DNA from: Octopus vulgaris
Taxonomy: Eukaryota
Assembly (NCBI GenBank): GCA_951406725.2
Contig: OX597823.1
Span: forward strand, 99,200,001-99,264,000
Direction of reading: 5' to 3'
DNA length: 64,000 nucleotides
The notes below the pieces were generated by a model that saw only the letters and a program-made list of their open reading frames with translations, ran no database searches and had not been told where the DNA came from. This document shows positions 63,932-64,000 of this stretch, piece by piece. Both the position numbers and the translations under genes were made by a program. Numbering within the stretch: the stretch's first letter is position 1; every line of letters starts with the position of its first letter.

Positions 63932-64000
63932 ATATGTGTATATGTATATATACATATATATATATATACATATATATATGTATATATATATATCTATTGT

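Overview
AT-rich, repeat-dense eukaryotic genomic DNA, most likely a coleoid cephalopod (Octopus-like SINEs and long TA/CA microsatellites; the taxon is inferred). Three spliced + strand genes can be assembled exon by exon with GT-AG sites and consistent phases: TTC32-like TPR protein (3 exons, 5202-13879, 153 aa), SMNDC1/SPF30 (7 exons, 19830-33959, 244 aa) and MTHFS (3 exons, 40545-53895, 205 aa). Most of the rest is transposon debris: CR1, RTE and CRE-like LINEs, tRNA-derived SINEs, several mariners, piggyBac derivatives, Helitrons, a Gypsy remnant with a tRNA-Trp PBS, MITEs and a Penelope GIY-YIG fragment. The least expected signal is a set of type I hammerhead ribozyme motifs, read by eye, in short non-coding AT-rich elements that abut (TA)n tracts (about 1418, 2344, 54311, 55533, 55971, 63518). 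Two of these elements carry a Penelope-style inverted copy of their own 3' end at the 5' end. They look like several families of non-autonomous Penelope-mobilised, retrozyme-like elements. A palindromic MITE with telomere-type repeats, flanked by a 108-bp direct duplication, sits just upstream of the MTHFS start codon. No database searches or folding computations were run.
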